Of a stretch of 50,128 nt of DNA, positions 34,164-43,093 are shown one piece after another (positions within the stretch are counted from its first letter, which is position 1; each line of letters begins with the position of its first letter). The notes beneath the pieces are model-generated. The model saw only the letters and a program-made list of their open reading frames with translations. It was not told where the DNA came from and did not search any database. Origin of the DNA: an uncultured Candidatus Saccharibacteria bacterium (GTDB taxonomy: Bacteria > Patescibacteriota > Minisyncoccia > Phycocordibacterales > Phycocordibacteraceae); assembly GCA_964563365.1 (NCBI GenBank), contig CAZLVR010000001.1:1-50128 (forward strand). Reading direction: 5' to 3'. The translations under genes and the position numbers were made by a program.

Positions 34164-35314
34164 AACCAAAGGTGCTGATTCTCATAAATGAGCTTCTGCG
34201 CGGCGGAGCGCAAGGCATCGTGCTTGACCTGTGCCGCCGTATCGACCATGACAGATTCGAGTTGGTCGTTGCCACCCTGAAGCCTTCTCCCGCACCGAGC
34301 TTCCTCGAAGAGTGTCGGGCGACCGGAGTCAGGGTCGAGACACTCGACGGCGGACGCTCGTTTTCCTTGCGGGAGGCGCGCGCGCTCTTCGCGCTCTTGA
34401 AGCGTGAAAGGCCTGACGTGCTGCATACCTTCCTGCCGTACGCCGGGATACTCGGCCGCATCATCGGCCGAATCGCGGGCGTCCGTTCCATCGTCAGCAC
34501 GCAATGCAACCTCCCGGTCGCGTACGACACGAGGACGTACTGGCTCGACCGGCTCACGCTCCCGCTCGCTTGCGCATGGATCGGCGCGACCGAGAGCATC
34601 GAACGCTCCTACGGCGGCTCCTACGCTTATTTCTCCTCGGACGCATGGGAACGGGGCCGGCGGCATTTTTCCATAGTCTCCGGGGTCGACCTGCCGACCT
34701 TCGACGCGCGCGTGCGCGCCGCGGACCGCACGGCCCTGCGCGCCGCGCTTTCGGTACCGGAAGGAAAGGACCTTATCCTCATGATCGCGCGTCTCGTCTC
34801 GTGGAAGGGACACCGCGATCTCCTGTCCGCATTCGCTCGCCTCTCCGGCGAGCCGCATCTCGCTCTTGCCGGGTGGGGGCCGCTTGAGGAGGAGCTTAAG
34901 GCGCAGGCGGAACGAGAGGGGACTCTCTCTCGCGTCCATTTTCTCGGGGCGCGCAGCGACGTCCCGGAACTGCTTGCGGCCGCGGATTTCTACGCGCAGA
35001 CCCACTGCCGAGCGGAAGATGGGACGATATGGATGGGACCAAATACCTCGCAGATGGAAGCTTGCGCAGCCCGCGTTCCTTCGATATCGACCGCTGTGCC
35101 GGATATCGAGCTCCTTATCGAGGACGGGGTCACTGGGAAGCTCGCCCCGCCGAACGATTCCGGCGCTCTCGCCCGAGCGCTCGAGCACCTGCGCATGCAC
35201 TCTGATGAAGCGCGCGGGTTTGCGGAGCGTGCGCGTGCGCGGGTTGAGGAGCGGTATTCAGTCGCCCGCATGGCTGAGGCGCACCAGAGCCTGTATCATG
35301 TGCTCTCGATATGA
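34160..35314 (+). CDS. Glycosyltransferase family 4
   Basis: MKPKVLILINELLRGGAQGIVLDL at the N-terminus, in a GT-B layout. Shares 4-nt overlaps with both neighbours. Confidence 0.8.
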   Translation: MKPKVLILINELLRGGAQGIVLDLCRRIDHDRFELVVATLKPSPAPSFLEECRATGVRVETLDGGRSFSLREARALFALLKRERPDVLHTFLPYAGILGRIIGRIAGVRSIVSTQCNLPVAYDTRTYWLDRLTLPLACAWIGATESIERSYGGSYAYFSSDAWERGRRHFSIVSGVDLPTFDARVRAADRTALRAALSVPEGKDLILMIARLVSWKGHRDLLSAFARLSGEPHLALAGWGPLEEELKAQAEREGTLSRVHFLGARSDVPELLAAADFYAQTHCRAEDGTIWMGPNTSQMEACAARVPSISTAVPDIELLIEDGVTGKLAPPNDSGALARALEHLRMHSDEARGFAERARARVEERYSVARMAEAHQSLYHVLSI

Positions 35315-36246
35315 CACCGACCTCTTGCGCGCTATGCGCGGCTACAGCGCTCTCCCCGGCCCGCGAGACGCATGTGGACGGAGACGTCGTATATACGCGC
35401 TATGAGTGCGGCTCCTGCGCCGGTGAGTTTTGGTGGCCGTTTCAGAATCCAGGTGCTGCGTGGTACGAACGCGATGAACGGTATGCGGACCGCAATCAGG
35501 ACCCGATCCTGACTGCGAACAAGAAGCAGACGGACGTCCTTGCGCATGCGGGCGCCGCGCAGGGTCCGCTCCTTGATGTCGGGTGCGGCGTCGGCAACTT
35601 TCTCGCGTATGCTGAACGCTGCGGCTGGGAAGCGTGGGGTATCGATTTCGATCATGACGCGATAGAGGCAGGGAAGCGGACGTTCGGGCTCACACGTCTC
35701 TCAGTCGATGATCTCTCCTCGTTCGCCGCTGCGCACCCGAACCTGCGTTTTTCCCTCATTACGTTTTTCGATGTGTTCGAGCATCTCGACAATCATGCGC
35801 AGTTCCTGGAACTTGCGAAGAGTCTCCTGATGCCGGGAGGTGCGATCGCGCTCTCGGTCCCGTACCGGCACGGCTGGCGGTTCCTCCTCCCGAATGATTT
35901 TCCTCCGCGACACCTGACGCGCTGGGATGAGCGTTCCCTTGAGATCATCCTCGCCCGCCACGGCTTTTCCGTGAGCTATATGAATCGTCTGCCAGCGAGC
36001 CTATACTACCTCGCCCTGAAGCTCAGGTTCCGGTTCGGGCGCTGGTCGTCTGTGGGGCTTGTCCGCAGGGCGGGCGGACCTGCGGCTTCGGGACGCATGT
36101 CGCTGCGCGGCCGCTTGGCTCGCGCGGCCGCAAAAGCGAAGGACAGCGTTCTGTTCGGGCTGCCCGCGCTCCTCATATACGTGGCGCTCCTACCGACGCG
36201 CGGGCGCTATACTGACCTTTATGCCGTTGCCCGACTCAATCCGTAA
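35311..36246 (+). CDS. Class I SAM-dependent methyltransferase with an N-terminal Cys4 zinc-ribbon-like segment
   Basis: CALC...CGSC at the N-terminus, then LLDVGCGVGNFL and FFDVFEHL. Confidence 0.75.
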   Translation: MTPTSCALCAATALSPARETHVDGDVVYTRYECGSCAGEFWWPFQNPGAAWYERDERYADRNQDPILTANKKQTDVLAHAGAAQGPLLDVGCGVGNFLAYAERCGWEAWGIDFDHDAIEAGKRTFGLTRLSVDDLSSFAAAHPNLRFSLITFFDVFEHLDNHAQFLELAKSLLMPGGAIALSVPYRHGWRFLLPNDFPPRHLTRWDERSLEIILARHGFSVSYMNRLPASLYYLALKLRFRFGRWSSVGLVRRAGGPAASGRMSLRGRLARAAAKAKDSVLFGLPALLIYVALLPTRGRYTDLYAVARLNP

Positions 36247-37792
36247 GACGCTGCGGAACTGGCCGTCCGTCCTCGTCGTCATCGCTTCTGCCGGACTAGG
36301 ACTCCTCCTCGTCACCCGGCCGCTCGAGTTCCTTCTCACGAACGTCGTTCCGGACGATGCGTTCTACTACTTCCAGATCGCGCGCAATATCGCGAGCGGA
36401 GCGGGACCAACCTTCGACGGGGTCCATCCGACGAACGGCTTCCACCCGCTCTGGACAGCGCTCCTCGTTCCTGTCTTTCATGCATTCTCGACGGGCGCCG
36501 TGCCAGACTTCATGCCGGTGCGGGTCGCGCTCCTTATATGCATCCTGTTCTTCGCTGCGGCCTCGGTGCTCGTCTTCTTCATCATCTCGCGGTATACGCA
36601 GAACCCCTGGATACGCGCGCTTGCGCTCGCGCTTTTTGCGCTCAATCCGTTCCTCCTCTTCGAGGCGTCCGGCGGTCTTGAAACGTCGCTCGCGCTCCTT
36701 GCCGCATCCGGATTCTTCCTCGCCGCGCTCTCGTATCCCGAGCAGCCCCGGCCTCGGCAGATGCTTCTGCTCGGCCTGCTTGGCGGAGTCATGATCCTCG
36801 CCCGTATCGACATGGCGTTCTATCTCGCCGCGTTCCTCCTCTGGCGCCTCGCGAAAGCGCCTTCGTACGCGAGGCTACGGGAAGTGCTTTTCACCGGTAT
36901 CATCGCGACCGCCGCGGTCTCGCCCTGGTTCCTGTGGAACCTCTCGCAGTTCGGCATGCTCCTTACCTCCGCGGCGAACGGGAACAGCATGGTATCGCAC
37001 GCGCTCATCGTACAGGACCATGGGACGAGCGCATTCCAGTTCGTGAAGGCGGTGCTCTACGGCATCGACTATCAGGTGCGCAGCCTTATCCTTCATACAG
37101 GGTCTCCCGCTATCGCCCTCTCGCTTCTCGGTGCCGCGCTCGCATTCTTCGCGCTCGGGCGCGCTCGCATCCCGCGGCTTGCCGAGACGACGGCGCTCCA
37201 TGCGCTCTTTTTCGGATTCGCCGCCCTGTTTCTCGTGAACGTCGGCATCCGTCTGTGGGCGCGCAGCTGGTATTTCGTCACGTTCGGCATCTTCGTCGCG
37301 CTTTTGTTCGTGTTCGTTGCTGAGTCGCTGCGGCCGCATCTTACGCGCCCGCGCATCGTTGCGGCCTGTTTCGCGCTCTTCGCTGTCTACGCATTCTCGG
37401 TCTCGTGGAGCAAGCATCTGCGGGATCAGTGGCCGACCGGCACTGAGCTCTATGCGGCTGCGCTCTGGCGCGATGCGCACCTGCCTCCCGATGCCGTCAC
37501 CGGCTCGTTCAATGCGGGGATAGAAGGGTATTTCTCGCGCGTGCGGGTCGTGAACCTCGACGGTCTCGTGAACAATTCTGCGTTCGAAGCGCTGCGCGAT
37601 CGTCGGCTGCTTTCCTATATGCGGGATGCCGGCATCACCGTATTCGTGGATTATGACCTCTACCTCGACTATCGCTACCGGAGCTTCTTCGAGGACCCGC
37701 AGTATCGTACGCACTTCACGCTGCTCGATAGGATATCGTTTACGAAGAACGAACGTTCCGGTGACGGCCTCGGTATCTACGAATTCAAATGA
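36221..37792 (+). CDS. Polytopic membrane protein, GT-C-fold glycosyltransferase-like (ArnT/PMT/arabinofuranosyltransferase-like)
   Basis: I chose ATG 36221 (MPLPDSIRKTL + TM helix). The protein has more than 10 predicted TM helices, a first-loop acidic motif NVVPDDAFYYFQIARNIASGAG, and a soluble C-terminal domain. Confidence 0.55.
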   Translation: MPLPDSIRKTLRNWPSVLVVIASAGLGLLLVTRPLEFLLTNVVPDDAFYYFQIARNIASGAGPTFDGVHPTNGFHPLWTALLVPVFHAFSTGAVPDFMPVRVALLICILFFAAASVLVFFIISRYTQNPWIRALALALFALNPFLLFEASGGLETSLALLAASGFFLAALSYPEQPRPRQMLLLGLLGGVMILARIDMAFYLAAFLLWRLAKAPSYARLREVLFTGIIATAAVSPWFLWNLSQFGMLLTSAANGNSMVSHALIVQDHGTSAFQFVKAVLYGIDYQVRSLILHTGSPAIALSLLGAALAFFALGRARIPRLAETTALHALFFGFAALFLVNVGIRLWARSWYFVTFGIFVALLFVFVAESLRPHLTRPRIVAACFALFAVYAFSVSWSKHLRDQWPTGTELYAAALWRDAHLPPDAVTGSFNAGIEGYFSRVRVVNLDGLVNNSAFEALRDRRLLSYMRDAGITVFVDYDLYLDYRYRSFFEDPQYRTHFTLLDRISFTKNERSGDGLGIYEFK

Positions 37793-38880
37793 TGGTCAAA
37801 CTGTTCGTATCACCGCGCATTCCGGGCGAACCTCTCTTGTTCTTAGTCGCCCATCATGAGGGAGTATTTGAGCCCGGAGGCACGCTCTTTACGAGCGTTC
37901 TGCCGAAGGATTTTGCGCCGCAGAGCTATCGGTTCGTCGACAGTCTGCATGACGCCGACTATGCGCTGTTCCCTCACGCCGTGAAGTCGCGGCACGGGCC
38001 GCTTATAAGGCACGCGGCGCGTGCACGGGAAGAGGCACATGCTGCCGGGAAACTTCTCATTGTCTATATCGGCGGCGATTTGTCTCACAACATTTTTCTC
38101 GACGGCGTAATCGTGCTCAAAGGATCTCAGTATCGGCACCTCCTGCGTTCGAACGAGATACTCGCGGTTCCGACGGCAGAAGATTTCGCTGAGTCGTTTC
38201 CTATCATACCTCGCGAGAAGTCGGACCGGCCGGTCGTCTCATTCTGCGGATGGGCGGGATTCCCGTCGCCGCAGGCGTACGTGAAATATGCGCTCCGCAA
38301 CCTAGCGCTCGACGTTGTGGCTTCTGTGCTCGATCCCCGGCTACGCGCCTTCAAGAAGGGGCTCTACTGGCGTCGCCGCGCGATTGCCGTGCTTGCGAAG
38401 GATCCCAGGATCGAAACGCGGTTCATCATACGGAAGACGTTCTCCGCAAGCGTGAAGACTATCAGTCTTGACCCACGAACGGCCCGTCGGGAATATGTCG
38501 AAAATATGCGACAGAGCGATTTCGTCCTTGCGCCGAAAGGCGACGGCAACTTCTCAGTCCGTTTCTACGAAGCGTTGTCTATGGGCAGGATACCGATCCT
38601 TATCGATACGGATGTAGTGCTGCCGCTCGAATCGTTCATCGACTATGATTCATTTATCCTGCGCGTCCCGGCGGAGGATCTCGCAAAGCTTCCTGACCTC
38701 GTATGCGCGCTCTACGAGAGGCTGACGCCCGAGGAATTCAGTGCTCGCCAGCAGGCGGCGCGCACTGCGTTTACGACCTATCTCCGGTACGACCGGTTCC
38801 TCGATACCGTATTTGAATGCGTCGTTCCTAAGATCGCGGCCCGGCTTGCGGCCGGCGCAGATACAGAACCGTCGCGATAA
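37789..38880 (+). CDS. Exostosin (GT47)-like glycosyltransferase
   Basis: SDFVLAPKGDGNFSVRFYEALSMGRIPILID matches the exostosin C-terminal signature (F.L.P.G.....R..EAL..G.IPV). Confidence 0.6.
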   Translation: MMVKLFVSPRIPGEPLLFLVAHHEGVFEPGGTLFTSVLPKDFAPQSYRFVDSLHDADYALFPHAVKSRHGPLIRHAARAREEAHAAGKLLIVYIGGDLSHNIFLDGVIVLKGSQYRHLLRSNEILAVPTAEDFAESFPIIPREKSDRPVVSFCGWAGFPSPQAYVKYALRNLALDVVASVLDPRLRAFKKGLYWRRRAIAVLAKDPRIETRFIIRKTFSASVKTISLDPRTARREYVENMRQSDFVLAPKGDGNFSVRFYEALSMGRIPILIDTDVVLPLESFIDYDSFILRVPAEDLAKLPDLVCALYERLTPEEFSARQQAARTAFTTYLRYDRFLDTVFECVVPKIAARLAAGADTEPSR

Positions 38881-40093
38881 TACTCGTCAGCACTGTTGAG
38901 GCGGTCTTAGCGGCGACAAGCCCCCAGAGTCCCCAGGCTACGATTCCTCCATACTGGAGCATCAACTGCAGGACCGGAGTGACGCTATTATAAATATAGA
39001 GCTCTCGGGTATGTTTCTGCGCGGTGAGCGCCGCCAGAGCGACCGGGGCGACAACGCCGAGCATGCTGAGTGCGTAAAGGGCGGAGAAAGGCACAGATGC
39101 CGAATAGTGCGGGAAGACGAGCGCGAAGAAGAATGGCGCGATGCCCATATATACGATTGCGCCGAGGAGCGCGAATGCCGCAAGCTTTATGAGCTTCGGC
39201 CCGATGGTCGCCCGAATCTCGATGTCGGTCTTTTCTGCGAATTTCGGCAAAGCTGTTATCGAGAAGAATCGAAGGAAGCTTGCGGCCCGGTCAGGTATCG
39301 CGGTCGCAAACGCATAGATCGCGAGATCGACGGGGCCGAGGAAGTGGAAGACGAGCACATTATCCAGTTGATTTGCGACTGCCGAGAGAACGCCCATGAC
39401 GCTCAGATGTGTTCCGTACCGTAACGCGCTTTCATCAGTGGGGCCGTGCGCCGGGTACGTCCGCTTCGTCCGCCAGTGGAGCAGGGCGAGCATGACCGCC
39501 TGGACGCCGAGGCTGACGGCGAGCAGAGCAAGCGCATTCTTGAATAGAAAGGCGGTTGCGATAAGCAATCCGTAGTACGGTACGTTCAGCGCGAAGTTGT
39601 ACCAGAACATCCGCCTGAAATCCTTCTTTCCGGAGAGAAGGGCGCTGTACGTATTGAACGTCGTCGTGATCGGCAGGCTAAGGCCGATAAGTAGCAGACC
39701 GAGGGCGAGAGACGCGTTCCCATTCACGTAGTAATAGAGTGCGCCGAGGCAGGCGCCGACGAGCGGCACAAGTGCCCACCGGAATTGGACGGGCAGCGAT
39801 GCTTCGTACGTGCGGTCGTAACCGCGGGCAACCGCTTGAGCGACGGCGGTACTCATGCCGGTCATGGTGAGGGAGCCGACGAGCGCCGCGATTGAAAGGA
39901 GATACTGGTAGGTTCCGTAGACCTCTTTCGGCACTGCGTGCGCGAATGCGACGTACAGCACGAATGAGAACAGCGTCCCGGTCAGCGAACCGAGATTGAC
40001 CCAGAAGCCCCCGGTTGCAAGATACACCATATCGGTCCCTGTGAACCGTTCGCTCCACCGAAGTAGGCGTGTCACGCGGTCAGTCAGGGTCAT
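38828..40093 (-). CDS. Oligosaccharide/polysaccharide flippase (Wzx, MOP superfamily)
   Basis: 421 aa with about 12 TM helices and the typical Wzx N-terminus. Its 3' end overlaps the convergent GT47-like gene by 53 nt. Confidence 0.75.
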   Translation of the reverse strand: MTLTDRVTRLLRWSERFTGTDMVYLATGGFWVNLGSLTGTLFSFVLYVAFAHAVPKEVYGTYQYLLSIAALVGSLTMTGMSTAVAQAVARGYDRTYEASLPVQFRWALVPLVGACLGALYYYVNGNASLALGLLLIGLSLPITTTFNTYSALLSGKKDFRRMFWYNFALNVPYYGLLIATAFLFKNALALLAVSLGVQAVMLALLHWRTKRTYPAHGPTDESALRYGTHLSVMGVLSAVANQLDNVLVFHFLGPVDLAIYAFATAIPDRAASFLRFFSITALPKFAEKTDIEIRATIGPKLIKLAAFALLGAIVYMGIAPFFFALVFPHYSASVPFSALYALSMLGVVAPVALAALTAQKHTRELYIYNSVTPVLQLMLQYGGIVAWGLWGLVAAKTASTVLTSIIATVLYLRRPQAGPRS

Positions 40094-40884
40094 AGGGAGA
40101 GGTCGTCTCGTACCGCGACGTAGTTCGCGTACCGGTAGACGTTATCCCGCGACGATCGCGGATCCACCGCCACGAACCCGCGCGGCAGGAGCCGGAATAA
40201 TCGATATCCCGGCAAGAGCCGCGAGAGGTCATAGAGGCTGTATCCGCGATAAAGTTGCAGGTGATTGAACTCGAACTGGATTAAGCGCGGCCGGAGCGTC
40301 AACAGCGACTCCTGCATGCCCTCGAGCGTCTCTCGCTCGAACCCCTCCGTATCTATCTTCACAAAGTCTATGCGATCGATAGCGCGGGAGCGCGCGAACG
40401 AATCGACGCTCATCACTGGCACCTCCTCCGCCGCGGCATCCGGGAAGATGCTCCGTTCGAGAGTCGCGGTCTCTGCGCCGGGCGCAGGTAGATACAGGGG
40501 CGCCGTTCCGTCATGGTTGGTTACCGCGCTTCGCACCGGAACGATGCGTGGTATGCCTGTGAAGCGGCGCTTGAGCGCATCGAACGTCCCCTGCGCCGGC
40601 TCGAAGGCGTATATGGTTGCACCGTCGAGCTCGCGGGCAAGGCGCTCGCTGTAGTCGCCCACGTTCGCCCCGATATCAAGGCATACCTTTATAGGATGCC
40701 GACTCAGGATGTGCCGTACGAACCACGCTTCGCCTGTATTTGAGCCAACGCAGTTGTCGTACCCGAGGGCATGTAGGGAGAGGGAAAGAAGCGCCTGGTG
40801 GGCCGGCGCGAGCCAGGCACGCCCGAACGCCCGCGCCCACGCGATCGAGAAGAGCCAGGTATAGTGCTTGAACAGGCGTCGCAT
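40090..40884 (-). CDS. FkbM-family methyltransferase
   Basis: CLDIGANVGDYS, AFEP and FVKIDTEGFERETLEG. Confidence 0.8.
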   Translation of the reverse strand: MRRLFKHYTWLFSIAWARAFGRAWLAPAHQALLSLSLHALGYDNCVGSNTGEAWFVRHILSRHPIKVCLDIGANVGDYSERLARELDGATIYAFEPAQGTFDALKRRFTGIPRIVPVRSAVTNHDGTAPLYLPAPGAETATLERSIFPDAAAEEVPVMSVDSFARSRAIDRIDFVKIDTEGFERETLEGMQESLLTLRPRLIQFEFNHLQLYRGYSLYDLSRLLPGYRLFRLLPRGFVAVDPRSSRDNVYRYANYVAVRDDLSL

Positions 40885-40955
40885 ACCGGTCGTCTCCGCA
40901 TACTAGCACCGATCCCGGCGGAGGCGGCGCGCCCGCATGCTATAGTACCGGCCAT

Positions 40956-43091
40956 ATGAAGGCAGCCCTGCGCTATACCGTTCTTGCGGTCCTCTTCCTT
41001 ATCCCGTTTATTCCGCTCTATGTCTCCGGTGATCAATATTTCCCCTTTATTACGGGGAAGGCATATCTATTCCGGATCCTGATAGAGATAGCTACAGGCG
41101 CCTACATCCTGCTTGCGCTTGCGGATCGTGCGTATCGTCCGCGCTTTTCATGGACGCTCGCACTCTATGGTCTATTCATTATCTGGATGTTCCTTGCCGA
41201 CCTGTTCGCCGTGAATCCGCATAAGGCGCTCTGGAGCAACTATGAGCGCATGGACGGATGGGTGGCGCTGATCCACGTCTTCCTCTTCTTCCTCGTCGCA
41301 GGCGCCGTTCTCTCCGCGGAGAAGCTCTGGAAGCGTTGGTGGCTCACTATGCTCGGTGCATCAGTACTCATCTCTCTCTACGGTTTGTGGCAAATGTTTG
41401 GACTCGCGACCATCCATCAGGGCGGCGCGCGTGCTGACGCGTCCTTCGGCAACGCGATCTACATGGCGGTGTATCTCATGTTCATGATCGGCATCGCGGT
41501 CTGGCAGGCGATCGAATCCCGTGGTTGGCTGCGCTACGCACTCATCGCACTTGCCATCGTTCAACTCATTCTCATGTTTGCTACGGCGACCCGTGGCGTC
41601 ATCCTCGGTTCTTTTGCCGCCGCTGGTCTTATTGCGCTTCTCCTTGCGCTTCGCGCGGGCGGCACAGTACGCAAAGCATCAATCGGCGTAGTGATCGCGC
41701 TCATAGCGCTTGCGGGCGCCTTCTTTCTTGCACGCGATACCGCATTCATCCGGAGCGAGCCGACGCTTGCGCGCGTTGCAAGCATCTTCGACGCAAACGA
41801 GCTGAAGGTTCGTTCAACCCTCTGGAGCATGGCGCTACAAGGTGCAGCCGCTCGGCCGGTCTTCGGCTGGGGGCAGGAAGGCTACAACTACGTCTTCAAT
41901 ACCTACTATCATCCGTCTCTCTACGGTCAGGAGCAATGGTTCGATCGCGCGCATAACACCTATCTTGACTGGCTCATAGCGGGCGGAGTTCCAGCGCTCA
42001 TCCTGTTCCTCGCGCTCCTTGGCGCTGCGGCGCGTGCGATTGCCGTGTCTGCTATGCCGCGCAGCGAGCGATACATCTTGCTCGGCATCTTGCTTGCGTA
42101 TGCGGTACAAGCGGTATCCGCGTTTGATAACCTCTTCTCCTATATATTGTTCGCCGCGATTCTCGCCATGGCGCATGACGCATCCGCGCGCCGCATGCCC
42201 GCTGTCGACGCGCCAGGCGAGGTGAAGGACACGGGACTCGGCGCAATCGCACTTCCTGCAGTCGGCGTTGTTACCGCTGCCGCGGTGTGGCTCGTGAACG
42301 TGCCAGGCATGCAGGGAGGTGCGGCACTTATACGCGCAGCGGGAAGCCAAGATCCGTCCGCGGGCCTTGCATATCTTCAGGCGGCGGTTGCGTCCGGGTC
42401 GTTCGCGACGCAGGAGATCGCGGAACAATCCGTCACGTTTGCTTCGAATGTTATGGCACAGCCTTCCATTCCAGTTGAAATGAAGCAAAAGGCGTTCGCG
42501 TTCGCGGCTGAACGTATGAACACAGAACTGACGCGCGCACCCCAGGATGCCCGTCTCCACCTCATGTACGGGCAGCTTCTTATTGTCGCCGGCGATTTCC
42601 CCGATGGCCTTAAGGAACTTTCTAGCGCTGTCACACTTTCGCCGAAAAAACAGACGCTCAGTATCCAGCGAGGAACCGCGAAGTGGCAGTCGGGAGATAA
42701 GGCGGGCGCTGCTGCGGATTTCGATGCAGCGTATCGACTCGATACGTCCTTTGAAACCGCCGCTCAGTACGCGGCCGCAGGGAAGCTCATCACAGGAGAT
42801 GTTGCTGGCGCTGATGCGATCCTTATGGCGCGGTTCGGCACGACCACGGTCGATTCCGATCCTCTTCGCTACGCGTATTACGACCTGAAGCTGTATGACC
42901 GGCTTATCGCATCGATGCAGGCGCACGCCGCGGCTGCGCCGGAAGATGTGCAGCGGCGGCTGCAGCTCGCACAGGCCTATCTACTTGTGGGGAACGTACC
43001 CGCCGCGCGCGCAGAGCTAGAGGCGACCATCGCGGCACATCCGGAAACTGCGAGCGCAGCAGCGGGTCTCCTTAGGCAAGCGGGACTCTAG
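40956..43091 (+). CDS. O-antigen ligase/polymerase-like (Wzy_C) membrane protein with a C-terminal TPR domain
   Basis: Multi-TM N-terminal two-thirds with RADASFGNAIYMAVYLMF and ATATRGVILG blocks. The C-terminal ~230 aa form Ala-rich TPR-like repeats. Confidence 0.8.
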   Translation: MKAALRYTVLAVLFLIPFIPLYVSGDQYFPFITGKAYLFRILIEIATGAYILLALADRAYRPRFSWTLALYGLFIIWMFLADLFAVNPHKALWSNYERMDGWVALIHVFLFFLVAGAVLSAEKLWKRWWLTMLGASVLISLYGLWQMFGLATIHQGGARADASFGNAIYMAVYLMFMIGIAVWQAIESRGWLRYALIALAIVQLILMFATATRGVILGSFAAAGLIALLLALRAGGTVRKASIGVVIALIALAGAFFLARDTAFIRSEPTLARVASIFDANELKVRSTLWSMALQGAAARPVFGWGQEGYNYVFNTYYHPSLYGQEQWFDRAHNTYLDWLIAGGVPALILFLALLGAAARAIAVSAMPRSERYILLGILLAYAVQAVSAFDNLFSYILFAAILAMAHDASARRMPAVDAPGEVKDTGLGAIALPAVGVVTAAAVWLVNVPGMQGGAALIRAAGSQDPSAGLAYLQAAVASGSFATQEIAEQSVTFASNVMAQPSIPVEMKQKAFAFAAERMNTELTRAPQDARLHLMYGQLLIVAGDFPDGLKELSSAVTLSPKKQTLSIQRGTAKWQSGDKAGAAADFDAAYRLDTSFETAAQYAAAGKLITGDVAGADAILMARFGTTTVDSDPLRYAYYDLKLYDRLIASMQAHAAAAPEDVQRRLQLAQAYLLVGNVPAARAELEATIAAHPETASAAAGLLRQAGL

Positions 43092-43093
43092 TA

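Noticed and set aside
34088-35200. Long antisense ORF (370 aa) opposite the GT4 gene. Similar cases are 41835..42926(-), 36875..37714(-), 29706..30572(-), 17840..18532(-), 5958..6602(-), 4158..4814(-), 13653..14363(-), 16632..17360(-) and 32973..33683(-)
   Set aside because: These are typical GC-rich shadow ORFs. They are Arg/Gly/Pro-rich with no recognisable motifs, and each is fully embedded opposite a gene with clear family signatures.
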